57,743 nt of DNA, from NCBI GenBank assembly GCA_002011815.1, contig MTOV01000018.1:1-57743 (forward strand), in the 5' to 3' direction. The notes beneath the pieces are model-generated. The model was not told the DNA's origin, made no database searches, and was given only the letters and a program-made list of their open reading frames with translations. Positions 49,891 to 57,743 of this stretch are shown in pieces; within the stretch, counting starts at the first letter, position 1, and every line of letters begins with the position of its first letter. The DNA comes from Nitrospirae bacterium JdFR-86 (GTDB lineage: Bacteria; Nitrospirota; Thermodesulfovibrionia; Thermodesulfovibrionales; JdFR-86). A program made the translations under genes and the position numbers.

Positions 49891-52800
49891 ATGGAAGAAA
49901 GATCCAACGTCCTGAGTAGGCATAAGGCTCTTGCGTTGGGCCTACTGGTTCTTTTTGGACTCTATCTTACGAGCCTTTACAATTATCTTCTTTTCCATGG
50001 TCTTGCCGAGTTATTTGCAATTGTTGTTGCCTGCAGTATATTCGTGCTTTCTTGGAATGCCCGCCGGTTCATAGAGAACAATTATTTTCTGCTTATAGGT
50101 ATAGCGTATCTGTTTGTCAGTGGTATTGATGTATTGCACATCCTTGCCTACAAAGGTATGAGTGTGTTTCACGGGAAAGGGAATGAGACTAATCTGTCTG
50201 CCCAACTCTGGATTGCAGGACGCTATCTCGAGAGCTTTTCCCTGCTGATTGCGCCCCTGTTTGTTGGGAGACGTTTAAATACAGGTTTTGTGTTTGTCGG
50301 ATATACGGCTATGGTTGCGTTCTTGGTCGGTTCTATATTCGCAGGCGTGTTCCCTGAATGTTTTATAGAGGGCAAAGGACTGACTACGTTTAAAAAGACC
50401 AGCGAGTATGTTATCTCCTTTATCCTTGTGGCTGCAGTGTTTCTTTTACTCCGTAAACAGAAGGAATTCGACAGGAGTGTGCTCAGGCTGTTGATTGCAT
50501 CTATTGTCATGACCATGACTTCGGAGTTGGCGTTTACGTTTTATATTCATGCCTATGGGTTTTCCAACCTTGTGGGGCATTTTCTGAAGATAATCTCTTA
50601 TTATCTTATTTACAAAGCGATTATCGAGACAGGTCTGATTAAACCTTACAATCTTCTTTTCAGGAACCTGAAACAGAGGGAAAAGGCACTCAGGAACGAA
50701 AGGGATTTTGCAGAGAGCCTGCTTAATACAGCACAGGTTATTGTGCTGGTGCTGGATAACAGAGGCAGGATTATTTATTTCAACCCTTATATGGAAGAAG
50801 TTTCAGGGTATCGTCTGGACGATATGCGTGGCAGTGACTGGCTTGATGTATTTTTGCCACAACAGTATCAGACAGATGGCAGAGAGTTGTTTCTGAAGGC
50901 AATAAGCGGTGTCCAGATACGCGGAGGCGTTATTCCGCTTGTTACAAAAGACGGACAAAGACGCGAAATAGAATGGAATAACAAGCCCCTTCAAGATGTT
51001 GAGGGCAACACGATTGGTCTGCTTTGTGTTGGGCAGGATATAACTGAGCGAAAGCATGCAGAGGAAACTCTGCGTAATACTCTTAAAGAAGCGCAACAAC
51101 GCAGGGCAGAAACTTTAGCGCTGCTTGAAAGCTCCCGTGCAGTGCTCGAATACCATGACTTTAGGGATGCGGCATATTCGATATTCCAGTCCTGCAAGAA
51201 GTTGACCGGAGCTACCGCCGGATATGTCGCGCTGATGAATGAAAACGACGCAAAGGTTGAAATTCTGTTTCTGGATTCAGGCGGGCTTCCCTGCTCAGTA
51301 GACCCTTCGCTTCCAATACCCATACGGGGACTCAGGGCAGAAGTATATCATGCAGGAAAGGTAATCTATCACAATGACTTTGCAAGCAGTGAATGGGCGA
51401 AGTTTTTACCAAAAGGGCATGTAGAACTCGAAAATGTTTTATTCGCACCCCTTGTAATTAAAGGCAAGGTAGCAGGTCTGCTCGGTATTGCAAACAAACC
51501 CGGCGGGTTTACAGAAAACGATGCACGGATGGCATCGGCTTTTGCCGAGCTTGCCGCAATCGCATTGCACAATAGCTGGACACTTGAATCGCTCGAAAGC
51601 AGTGAAGAACGCTTCCGCTCAGTGGCACAGAGCGCAAATGACGCAATAATCTCTGCTGACAGTCAGGGAAACATAATCTTCTGGAACCAGGGAGCAGAAA
51701 ACATCTTCGGCTACTCAACTGAAGAAGCAGTAGGCAAATCCCTTACCTTTATAATGCCGGAAAGATTCAGGGAAAGTCATCAGAAAGGAATAGACAAAAT
51801 GGTTTTGACCGGAGAGTCAAAGGTGATAGGAAAGAGTGTTGAACTGGTCGGTCTGAGAAAGGATGGAAACGAATTTCCCCTGGAACTGTCACTTGCAAGC
51901 TGGAAGACAAAAGAAGGAGTGTTCTTTACAGGCATTGTCCGCGACATTACCGAACGCAGACAGGCAGAAGAAGAACTGGTAAAGCACCGTGAACAACTCG
52001 AACAACTGGTGGATGAGCGAACCGCAGAACTGATGTCAGCAGTCGAACTCCTTCATGAAGAAATCACCGAGCGAAAAAGAGTGGAAGAAGAGCTTTTAAG
52101 GGCACAAAAACTTGAGTCACTGGGGATTTTAGCAGGTGGCATTGCACACGATTTTAACAATGTCCTGACTGCTATCTTAAATAACATATATATTGCAAAG
52201 ATGCTCGTAGGGCCTGAAAGCGAAGTCTTTAAGAGACTGGGAAGAGCAGAGAAAGCTGCACTCAGGGCGCAGACCTTAACACGTCAGTTGCTTACGTTCT
52301 CCAGAGGTGGAACACCGGTTAAAAGGGCAGCCTCAATCAAAGAATTGATAGAAGAGACTACTGATTTTGCATTAAGGGGTTCTAATGTCAAGTGCGAATA
52401 TTCATTTTCAGAAGACCTCTGGCCTGTTGAGATAGACGAGGGGCAGATAAGTCAGGTAATAAGCAATCTTGTTATAAATGCACAGCAGGCAATGCCTGAC
52501 GGAGGAGTTATTAAGATGTATGCAGGAAATGTTATTGTAAACGATGGAGATGTCCCCTCGCTCAGAAGGGGAAGATATATAAAACTGTCTATCAAAGACA
52601 CCGGGGTCGGTATACCGGAAAAACATCTCCCGAAGATATTTGACCCTTTCTTCACAACAAAACGGGAGGGCAGTGGTCTGGGGCTTGCGACTACCTACTC
52701 GATAATCAAAAAGCACGATGGACATATTACCGTGGAATCTGAGGTGGGCTCTGGAACTACCTTTGATATCTACCTGCCTGCTTCACAGAGAAGACTCCTG

Positions 52801-53223
52801 ACCGGCAGGCTTGAGAAAGGAAAACCCTTTAAAAATGACATCAGGAAGACAAGAATACTGGTGATGGACGATGAACCGGACATTAGAGAGTCCCTTAGTG
52901 CTGCACTGAACTTTTTCGGATATGAAGTGGATTTCGCCGGCGACGGCGCCGAGGCAATTGATTTATACAGAAAAGCCAAGAACTCAAATCATCCTTTTGA
53001 TGCCGTTGTCATGGACTTGACTATCCCAGGCGGTATGGGCGGAGTAGAGGCAATTAAAAAACTTATCCAGATAGACCCGAATGTCAAAGCAATCGCCTCA
53101 AGCGGTTATGCAAATGACCCGATAATGTCAGAGTTCAAAAACTTCGGGTTTAAAGGCGTTATCACCAAGCCATATAGAGTCGAGGAACTGGGCAGACTTC
53201 TGCACGAAATTATCACACAGTGA
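49891..53223 (+). CDS. Hybrid histidine kinase (MASE3, PAS, GAF, PAS, HisKA, HATPase, REC)
   Basis: NYLLFH..AELF MASE3 start; GGIAHDFNN; C-terminal REC (VMDDE, VMDLTIPG). Confidence 0.92.
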   Translation: MEERSNVLSRHKALALGLLVLFGLYLTSLYNYLLFHGLAELFAIVVACSIFVLSWNARRFIENNYFLLIGIAYLFVSGIDVLHILAYKGMSVFHGKGNETNLSAQLWIAGRYLESFSLLIAPLFVGRRLNTGFVFVGYTAMVAFLVGSIFAGVFPECFIEGKGLTTFKKTSEYVISFILVAAVFLLLRKQKEFDRSVLRLLIASIVMTMTSELAFTFYIHAYGFSNLVGHFLKIISYYLIYKAIIETGLIKPYNLLFRNLKQREKALRNERDFAESLLNTAQVIVLVLDNRGRIIYFNPYMEEVSGYRLDDMRGSDWLDVFLPQQYQTDGRELFLKAISGVQIRGGVIPLVTKDGQRREIEWNNKPLQDVEGNTIGLLCVGQDITERKHAEETLRNTLKEAQQRRAETLALLESSRAVLEYHDFRDAAYSIFQSCKKLTGATAGYVALMNENDAKVEILFLDSGGLPCSVDPSLPIPIRGLRAEVYHAGKVIYHNDFASSEWAKFLPKGHVELENVLFAPLVIKGKVAGLLGIANKPGGFTENDARMASAFAELAAIALHNSWTLESLESSEERFRSVAQSANDAIISADSQGNIIFWNQGAENIFGYSTEEAVGKSLTFIMPERFRESHQKGIDKMVLTGESKVIGKSVELVGLRKDGNEFPLELSLASWKTKEGVFFTGIVRDITERRQAEEELVKHREQLEQLVDERTAELMSAVELLHEEITERKRVEEELLRAQKLESLGILAGGIAHDFNNVLTAILNNIYIAKMLVGPESEVFKRLGRAEKAALRAQTLTRQLLTFSRGGTPVKRAASIKELIEETTDFALRGSNVKCEYSFSEDLWPVEIDEGQISQVISNLVINAQQAMPDGGVIKMYAGNVIVNDGDVPSLRRGRYIKLSIKDTGVGIPEKHLPKIFDPFFTTKREGSGLGLATTYSIIKKHDGHITVESEVGSGTTFDIYLPASQRRLLTGRLEKGKPFKNDIRKTRILVMDDEPDIRESLSAALNFFGYEVDFAGDGAEAIDLYRKAKNSNHPFDAVVMDLTIPGGMGGVEAIKKLIQIDPNVKAIASSGYANDPIMSEFKNFGFKGVITKPYRVEELGRLLHEIITQ

Positions 53224-53283
53224 ATAGTTGATGTTGACCAAGGTATTAGACTCTGCTTATGCTGTTTCCGCTATAATATTCAG

Positions 53284-54570
53284 ATGAACGTTTTTCTTCT
53301 GAGTCTTGGCTGTCCAAAGAATTCAGTAGATTCTGAAAAACTCCTCAGGGGCTTGACAGAAAAGGGTTTTGGCTCTACAGCCCTGCCTGAAAAGGCTGAT
53401 ATTGTTTTCATCAATACATGCGGTTTTATAGAAGAGGCAAAAAGAGAATCCATAGAAGAAATACTGAAACTTGCAAAGATAAAAACCGGTAACCAAAAAC
53501 TCATAGTCTTCGGCTGCCTTGCACAAAGATACAGGGATGAACTCCTGAAAGAAATACCGGAGATAGATGCAGTCTATGGTGTCGGAGAAGAAGAAAAAAT
53601 CATAAATGCAACAATGAGCCTTTCCAATAAAAAACGCAGTGCTTTATCAAAAGCCAAGACCGTATCATCCGTTAAGACGCATCTTCCCTATGCATATATC
53701 AAAATTGCAGAAGGCTGCAGCCGTCAGTGCACATTCTGCGTTATACCCTCCATAAGGGGAGAGTTTAAGAGCCGTAATCCTGAAATAATATTAAAAGAGG
53801 CAGAGTCCTGCATAAAATCCGGTGTTAAAGAACTCATACTCATTGCTCAGGACTTAACAGGCTTTGGCAAAGACCTCAGAGACTACTCGCTTGAAACACT
53901 TCTTAAAGACATTGCCTCTATAAGCGGTGACTTTTGGATAAGACTGCTTTACCTGTATCCCACCGGAGTGAATAAAAAACTCCTTGAGGTGATTGCAACC
54001 GAGCCGAAGATATGTAAGTATATAGACATACCGTTTCAGCATTCCGAGGACAGAATACTTCGGCTGATGAAACGCGGTGGCTCAAGAAGGCAATATATGA
54101 GACTTGTTGGCGGGATAAGACAGGCAGTGCCTGATGCAGCATTGCGAACAGCATTTATAGTGGGATTCCCAGGCGAGACAGATGAGGATTTTCACGGGCT
54201 TTTGAATTTTATACAGAAGGCAAAGTTTGAAAGGCTCGGTGTCTTTAAGTATTCAAAAGAAGAGGGCACTCCTGCAGCATCCATGAAAGGACATGTCCCA
54301 AAGAGGATAAAAGAAAAAAGATATCACGAGATAATGAGACTACAAAGAGAAATCTCGCTTGACAGGAACAATGCCCTGGTCGGCAAACGTATGAGGGCGA
54401 TTATAGAGGACTCTGACAGCAGAAAGGCTGTCGGAAGAATATACTCTCAGGCACCTGAGATAGACGGCGTTACATTTATTAAAGGCAGGGGGCTGAAAAA
54501 AGGTGATTTCGTGGAGGTGGAGATAACAAAGGCTTATGAATACGACCTTGAAGGAGTAGTGGTTACATGA
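53284..54570 (+). CDS. rimO: Ribosomal protein S12 methylthiotransferase
   Basis: LGCPKNSVDSE, NTCGFI, KIAEGCSRQCTFC, APEIDG. Confidence 0.95.
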   Translation: MNVFLLSLGCPKNSVDSEKLLRGLTEKGFGSTALPEKADIVFINTCGFIEEAKRESIEEILKLAKIKTGNQKLIVFGCLAQRYRDELLKEIPEIDAVYGVGEEEKIINATMSLSNKKRSALSKAKTVSSVKTHLPYAYIKIAEGCSRQCTFCVIPSIRGEFKSRNPEIILKEAESCIKSGVKELILIAQDLTGFGKDLRDYSLETLLKDIASISGDFWIRLLYLYPTGVNKKLLEVIATEPKICKYIDIPFQHSEDRILRLMKRGGSRRQYMRLVGGIRQAVPDAALRTAFIVGFPGETDEDFHGLLNFIQKAKFERLGVFKYSKEEGTPAASMKGHVPKRIKEKRYHEIMRLQREISLDRNNALVGKRMRAIIEDSDSRKAVGRIYSQAPEIDGVTFIKGRGLKKGDFVEVEITKAYEYDLEGVVVT

Positions 54571-55406
54571 GGGGAAAGATACCTTATATACATATAGTGT
54601 TGTTTGTACTTACGCTGTTTTCCACTGTTATAGCCGGTGCACTTCAAAAAGGAGTGGATATTTTTAAAGAGCCTTACAGGCTGGTGGAGGGTATTCCGTT
54701 TTCACTGACACTGATGCTTATACTGCTCAGTCATGAGCTTTCCCATTATTTTGCATCAAAGTTGCACCGCACGAAAGCCACGCTTCCTTATTTTATACCT
54801 GCTCCGTCCATAATAGGCACATTCGGTGCTTTTATAAAAATGAAGTCCCCGATTGTTACGAGGAAGGCGCTGATAGACATAGGTGCATCAGGACCTATAA
54901 TTGGGTTTGGCGTGTCAGTGGTTGCCTCTGTAGTCGGACTTATGAATTCAGAGGTTATTGTTTCCTCTGGCGAGGAATATGCATTGAGTCTTGGGGATTC
55001 GCTTCTGTTTGCCTTTCTGGCTAAGGTAGTGCTTGGTGTAACGCCGGAGGGGTATGACATACTTCTTCATCCTATTGCCTTTGCCGGCTGGATAGGGCTT
55101 TTCGTTACCTCTCTGAATCTGCTTCCGATAGGACAGCTTGACGGCGGGCATATCGCCTTTGCCCTGTTTGGCAATGTGCACAGGTTTGTTTCTATGGCAC
55201 TTGTGATTGCTCTGGCAGTGCTGGGCTTTTTCATCTGGACCGGCTGGGGACTGTGGGCGTTCCTCATGATTATACTCGGACTCAGACACCCGCCTGTAAT
55301 GTACTGGGAAACCCCGCTTGACCCTAAAAGAAAATTCATAGGCTGGCTTGCACTTACTATATTCATCCTGACATTCATCCCTGCGCCGTTTACCCTCAAG
55401 ACATAA
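54567..55406 (+). CDS. Site-2 protease (M50 family)
   Basis: HELSH, GTFGAFI, NLLPIGQLDGGH. Confidence 0.92.
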   Translation: MRGKIPYIHIVLFVLTLFSTVIAGALQKGVDIFKEPYRLVEGIPFSLTLMLILLSHELSHYFASKLHRTKATLPYFIPAPSIIGTFGAFIKMKSPIVTRKALIDIGASGPIIGFGVSVVASVVGLMNSEVIVSSGEEYALSLGDSLLFAFLAKVVLGVTPEGYDILLHPIAFAGWIGLFVTSLNLLPIGQLDGGHIAFALFGNVHRFVSMALVIALAVLGFFIWTGWGLWAFLMIILGLRHPPVMYWETPLDPKRKFIGWLALTIFILTFIPAPFTLKT

Positions 55407-55451
55407 AAGCGTCTCCTTCCTCACTACAGATTTGCAGTTCTCTCTAAAACT

Positions 55452-55580
55452 CCACCCTATATAGTGGTTTTACCTGCTTAAAAACACAAAATATAGGAAG
55501 TGAAAAAAATTTTTATTTTTTTTCTTGACAATAACCCCTCACTTCAATATATTTAAGTGGTATAAAGTGGTAAAAAGTGG
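55452..55580 (+). promoter_or_regulatory. mraZ regulatory region: two NrdR-box-like sites, sigma70 promoter, three MraZ repeats
   Basis: Boxes at 55452 and 55484; TTGACA(55525)-N17-TATATT; AAGTGG repeated at a 10-bp period (GTGG at 55557, 55567, 55577). Confidence 0.7.
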
Positions 55581-55585
55581 GGGAA

Positions 55586-56038
55586 ATGTCATCATTTTCA
55601 GGTAAATATTACTACACGGTAGACCCTAAGGGAAGGATAATGATACCTGCCCCTTTCAGGGAGATAATCAGTGCGAATTATGGTCCTAAGCTTTACATAG
55701 CGAATGCTGCTTTTGAAAAGTGTCTGCATATTTATCCGCAGGAGGAGTGGTTTAATCTTCAGGAGAAGGTGCGGAGACTGCCCAAGATGGACGAAGCCGT
55801 GACATTTTTCATGCGGAGGGTGATTGCCTCTGCTGTAGAGACCACGGTGGACAAGCAGGGCAGGGTGCTGATACCAGCGGCTCACAGGCAGGACTCAGGG
55901 ATAAACGGCGATGTGGTTATCGTAGGGCAAATAGAAAAAATAGAGATATGGGACAAGGCTTTGTGGGATGAGGCTACTGACCCGTCAAGGGTCGATGTCA
56001 AGGCATATAAGAAGACGCTTAGTGAGTTTGGATTGTAA
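55586..56038 (+). CDS. mraZ: Transcriptional regulator MraZ
   Basis: FSG.Y..TVDPKGR..IP, VDKQGRVLIP, EIWD; ATG at 55586. Confidence 0.95.
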   Translation: MSSFSGKYYYTVDPKGRIMIPAPFREIISANYGPKLYIANAAFEKCLHIYPQEEWFNLQEKVRRLPKMDEAVTFFMRRVIASAVETTVDKQGRVLIPAAHRQDSGINGDVVIVGQIEKIEIWDKALWDEATDPSRVDVKAYKKTLSEFGL

Positions 56039-56041
56039 GCA

Positions 56042-56917
56042 ATGAAGATTGTTCATCTCCCTGTGATGTTAAGGGAGGTGATTGAGTTACTTAACCCTCG
56101 TGAAGGAGGGGTATATGTTGATGCGACAGTCGGAGCAGGGGGGCATTCAGAAGAAATACTCAGGCATATCGGCAAAAAAGGCATGCTCATCGGAATTGAC
56201 AGGGATGAAGACGCACTCAAGGAGGCAGCAGAAAGGCTTAAGAACAAGAGGTGCATATTGAAAAAAGCAAGATTTTCAGAAATGGATGAAGTGCTGAAAA
56301 CTATAGATGTGGATTCAGTTGACGGTGTGTTGTTTGATTTCGGCATCTCGATGCTTCAGGTGAAAACTCCGGAAAGGGGATTCAGTTTTCATTCTGATGA
56401 CCTGCTTGACATGAGAATGGACAGGGCACAGACACTTACAGCCGAGGACATTGTTAACTCCTATCCTGAGAAGGAGATAGAGAGAATCCTCCGGAACTTT
56501 GGTGAGGAAAGGCGTTCGGCAAGGATAGCAAAGGCTATTGTAAGGCAGAGGCAAAAGGCACGAATACGCACATGCAGACAGCTGGCAGAGCTCATCGCCA
56601 GTGTCTCAGGCAAAAAGGGAAGGCTTCATCCTGCCACCAGAACTTTTCAGGCTTTAAGGATTGCAGTTAATGACGAGCTGAATGAAATCGAAAAAGGGCT
56701 TGATGCAGCACTCAGGGTTTTACGTTCCGGAGGCAGGCTTGTGGCGATTTCGTATCATTCCCTTGAGGACAGGGCTGTCAAAAACTTCATGAAAGGCTCT
56801 GCGGCTCAAGGTCTTGTAAAGATACTTACGAAAAAACCTCTGACACCTGAAAAACAGGAAATAGTGCGGAATCCCTCGGCAAGAAGTGCAAAGCTGAGGG
56901 CAGCGGAGGTGTTGTGA
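56042..56917 (+). CDS. rsmH: 16S rRNA m4C1402 methyltransferase
   Basis: HLPVM, DATVGAGGHS, RTFQALRIAVN, SYHSLEDR, RSAKLR. Confidence 0.97.
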   Translation: MKIVHLPVMLREVIELLNPREGGVYVDATVGAGGHSEEILRHIGKKGMLIGIDRDEDALKEAAERLKNKRCILKKARFSEMDEVLKTIDVDSVDGVLFDFGISMLQVKTPERGFSFHSDDLLDMRMDRAQTLTAEDIVNSYPEKEIERILRNFGEERRSARIAKAIVRQRQKARIRTCRQLAELIASVSGKKGRLHPATRTFQALRIAVNDELNEIEKGLDAALRVLRSGGRLVAISYHSLEDRAVKNFMKGSAAQGLVKILTKKPLTPEKQEIVRNPSARSAKLRAAEVL

Positions 56918-57231
56918 TTTATCCCAGACGCAGAAGTATGTTATCATATTTTATAAAACCTTTCCTTTATGTTCTCCTTCTGTTGAGCATCTTTGGTCTT
57001 GTGTGGCTTCGTTCGAGCATTATTTCTATGGAATATCGCATAGGCGAGATGCAGAAACAGAAGGCAGAGGCACTTAAAGAGAAGAAGACGCTTGCCGCGG
57101 ACCTTGCTGCCTTGCTTTCCATACAGAATATGGAGGGCAAGAATCTTGTTTTCCCGGACCGGCAAAGGGTCTTCTATGTAAAAAGGGATAAAGGGGGAAT
57201 CCCTTATATAGTATCTCTCAGGAGAAAGTGA
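56914..57231 (+). CDS. ftsL: FtsL-like cell-division protein
   Basis: TM plus coiled coil, in the canonical position between rsmH and ftsI. Confidence 0.7.
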   Translation: MIYPRRRSMLSYFIKPFLYVLLLLSIFGLVWLRSSIISMEYRIGEMQKQKAEALKEKKTLAADLAALLSIQNMEGKNLVFPDRQRVFYVKRDKGGIPYIVSLRRK

Positions 57232-57243
57232 TTTTGGCTTTTG

Positions 57244-57743
57244 ATGAACAAAAGGGCGATAATTCTTAGTACAGCCGTTGTTTTCGGCTTCGTCCTTGTG
57301 GTGTTGCGTCTTGCCGATCTTATGCTCATTAATCACGACAGACTTGCGGCAAAGGCAAGACTTCAACACCTCGGAGAAAAAGACATACAGGTAAGAAGAG
57401 GGAATATATATGACAGAAGAGGAAGGGAACTGGCTGTGAATCTTGATGTGGAGTCTGCCTACTGCGACCCGCTTCAGATAGAATCGCCGCGAAAAGCAGC
57501 GTCAGTGTTGGCAAAAGTTACGGGAAAGAGCTACAGGACGATTCTGAAAAGAGTCTCGTCGAAAAGAAGGTTTGCCTGGATTCAGAGAAAGCTCGATGCT
57601 GATACAGCCAGAAAGTTAAAGAGTCTTCAGATAAAAGGGCTTGGGTTTATGCCAGAGGTCAAGAGGTTTTATCCAAGCGGCACGCTTGCCTCGCATGTGA
57701 TTGGTTTTGTCGGCATTGACAATCAGGCGCTTGAGGGAATAGA
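57244..57743 (+). CDS. ftsI: Penicillin-binding protein FtsI, 5' part (truncated by the window)
   Basis: MNKRAII...RRGNIYDRRGRELA...KRFYPSG.LASHVIGF...GIE. Confidence 0.9.
   Translation, partial: MNKRAIILSTAVVFGFVLVVLRLADLMLINHDRLAAKARLQHLGEKDIQVRRGNIYDRRGRELAVNLDVESAYCDPLQIESPRKAASVLAKVTGKSYRTILKRVSSKRRFAWIQRKLDADTARKLKSLQIKGLGFMPEVKRFYPSGTLASHVIGFVGIDNQALEGI

Overview
Bacterial chromosomal window, about 45% GC by eye. Gene content and sequence style suggest an anaerobic Nitrospirota (Thermodesulfovibrionia-like) or Desulfobacterota-type organism; this is an inference. Positions 1-22.65 kb are accessory. (i) A 16-kb minus-strand respiratory cluster encodes an OmcE-like tetraheme cytochrome, an NHL/BACON/FG-GAP surface protein, a pentaheme cytochrome, a NarX/NarL-like two-component pair whose sensor carries a CXXCH heme motif, a 13-heme cytochrome with a cytochrome b, a decaying second two-component pair, an Hmc/NrfCD-like module with cytochrome c3, and an M56 peptidase. 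Together these look like a quinone-to-surface electron-transfer conduit. (ii) A 1.9-kb islet bounded by tRNA-Sec 3'-end repeats carries higBA and an AT-rich DUF3800 gene followed by a structured RNA candidate. (iii) A BTAD/SARP regulator sits next to a lipoprotein with eight 150-bp repeats. Positions 22.7-57.7 kb are mostly core genes: rimP-nusA-recG, pilD, mtnP, tldD, lpxC, truA, dksA-like, frr-pyrH-tsf-rpsB, tRNA-Thr(CGT), tgt, galU-lon-thiL, a MASE3 hybrid kinase, rimO, and mraZ-rsmH-ftsL-ftsI. Elements absent from the ORF track include a 54-aa histone-H1-like gene, a 49-aa ORF, an orphan 37/37/37 repeat-spacer-repeat next to tRNA-Thr, a sigma54 promoter at lpxC, and tandem NrdR-like boxes before mraZ. 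All calls come from reading the sequence; no searches were run.
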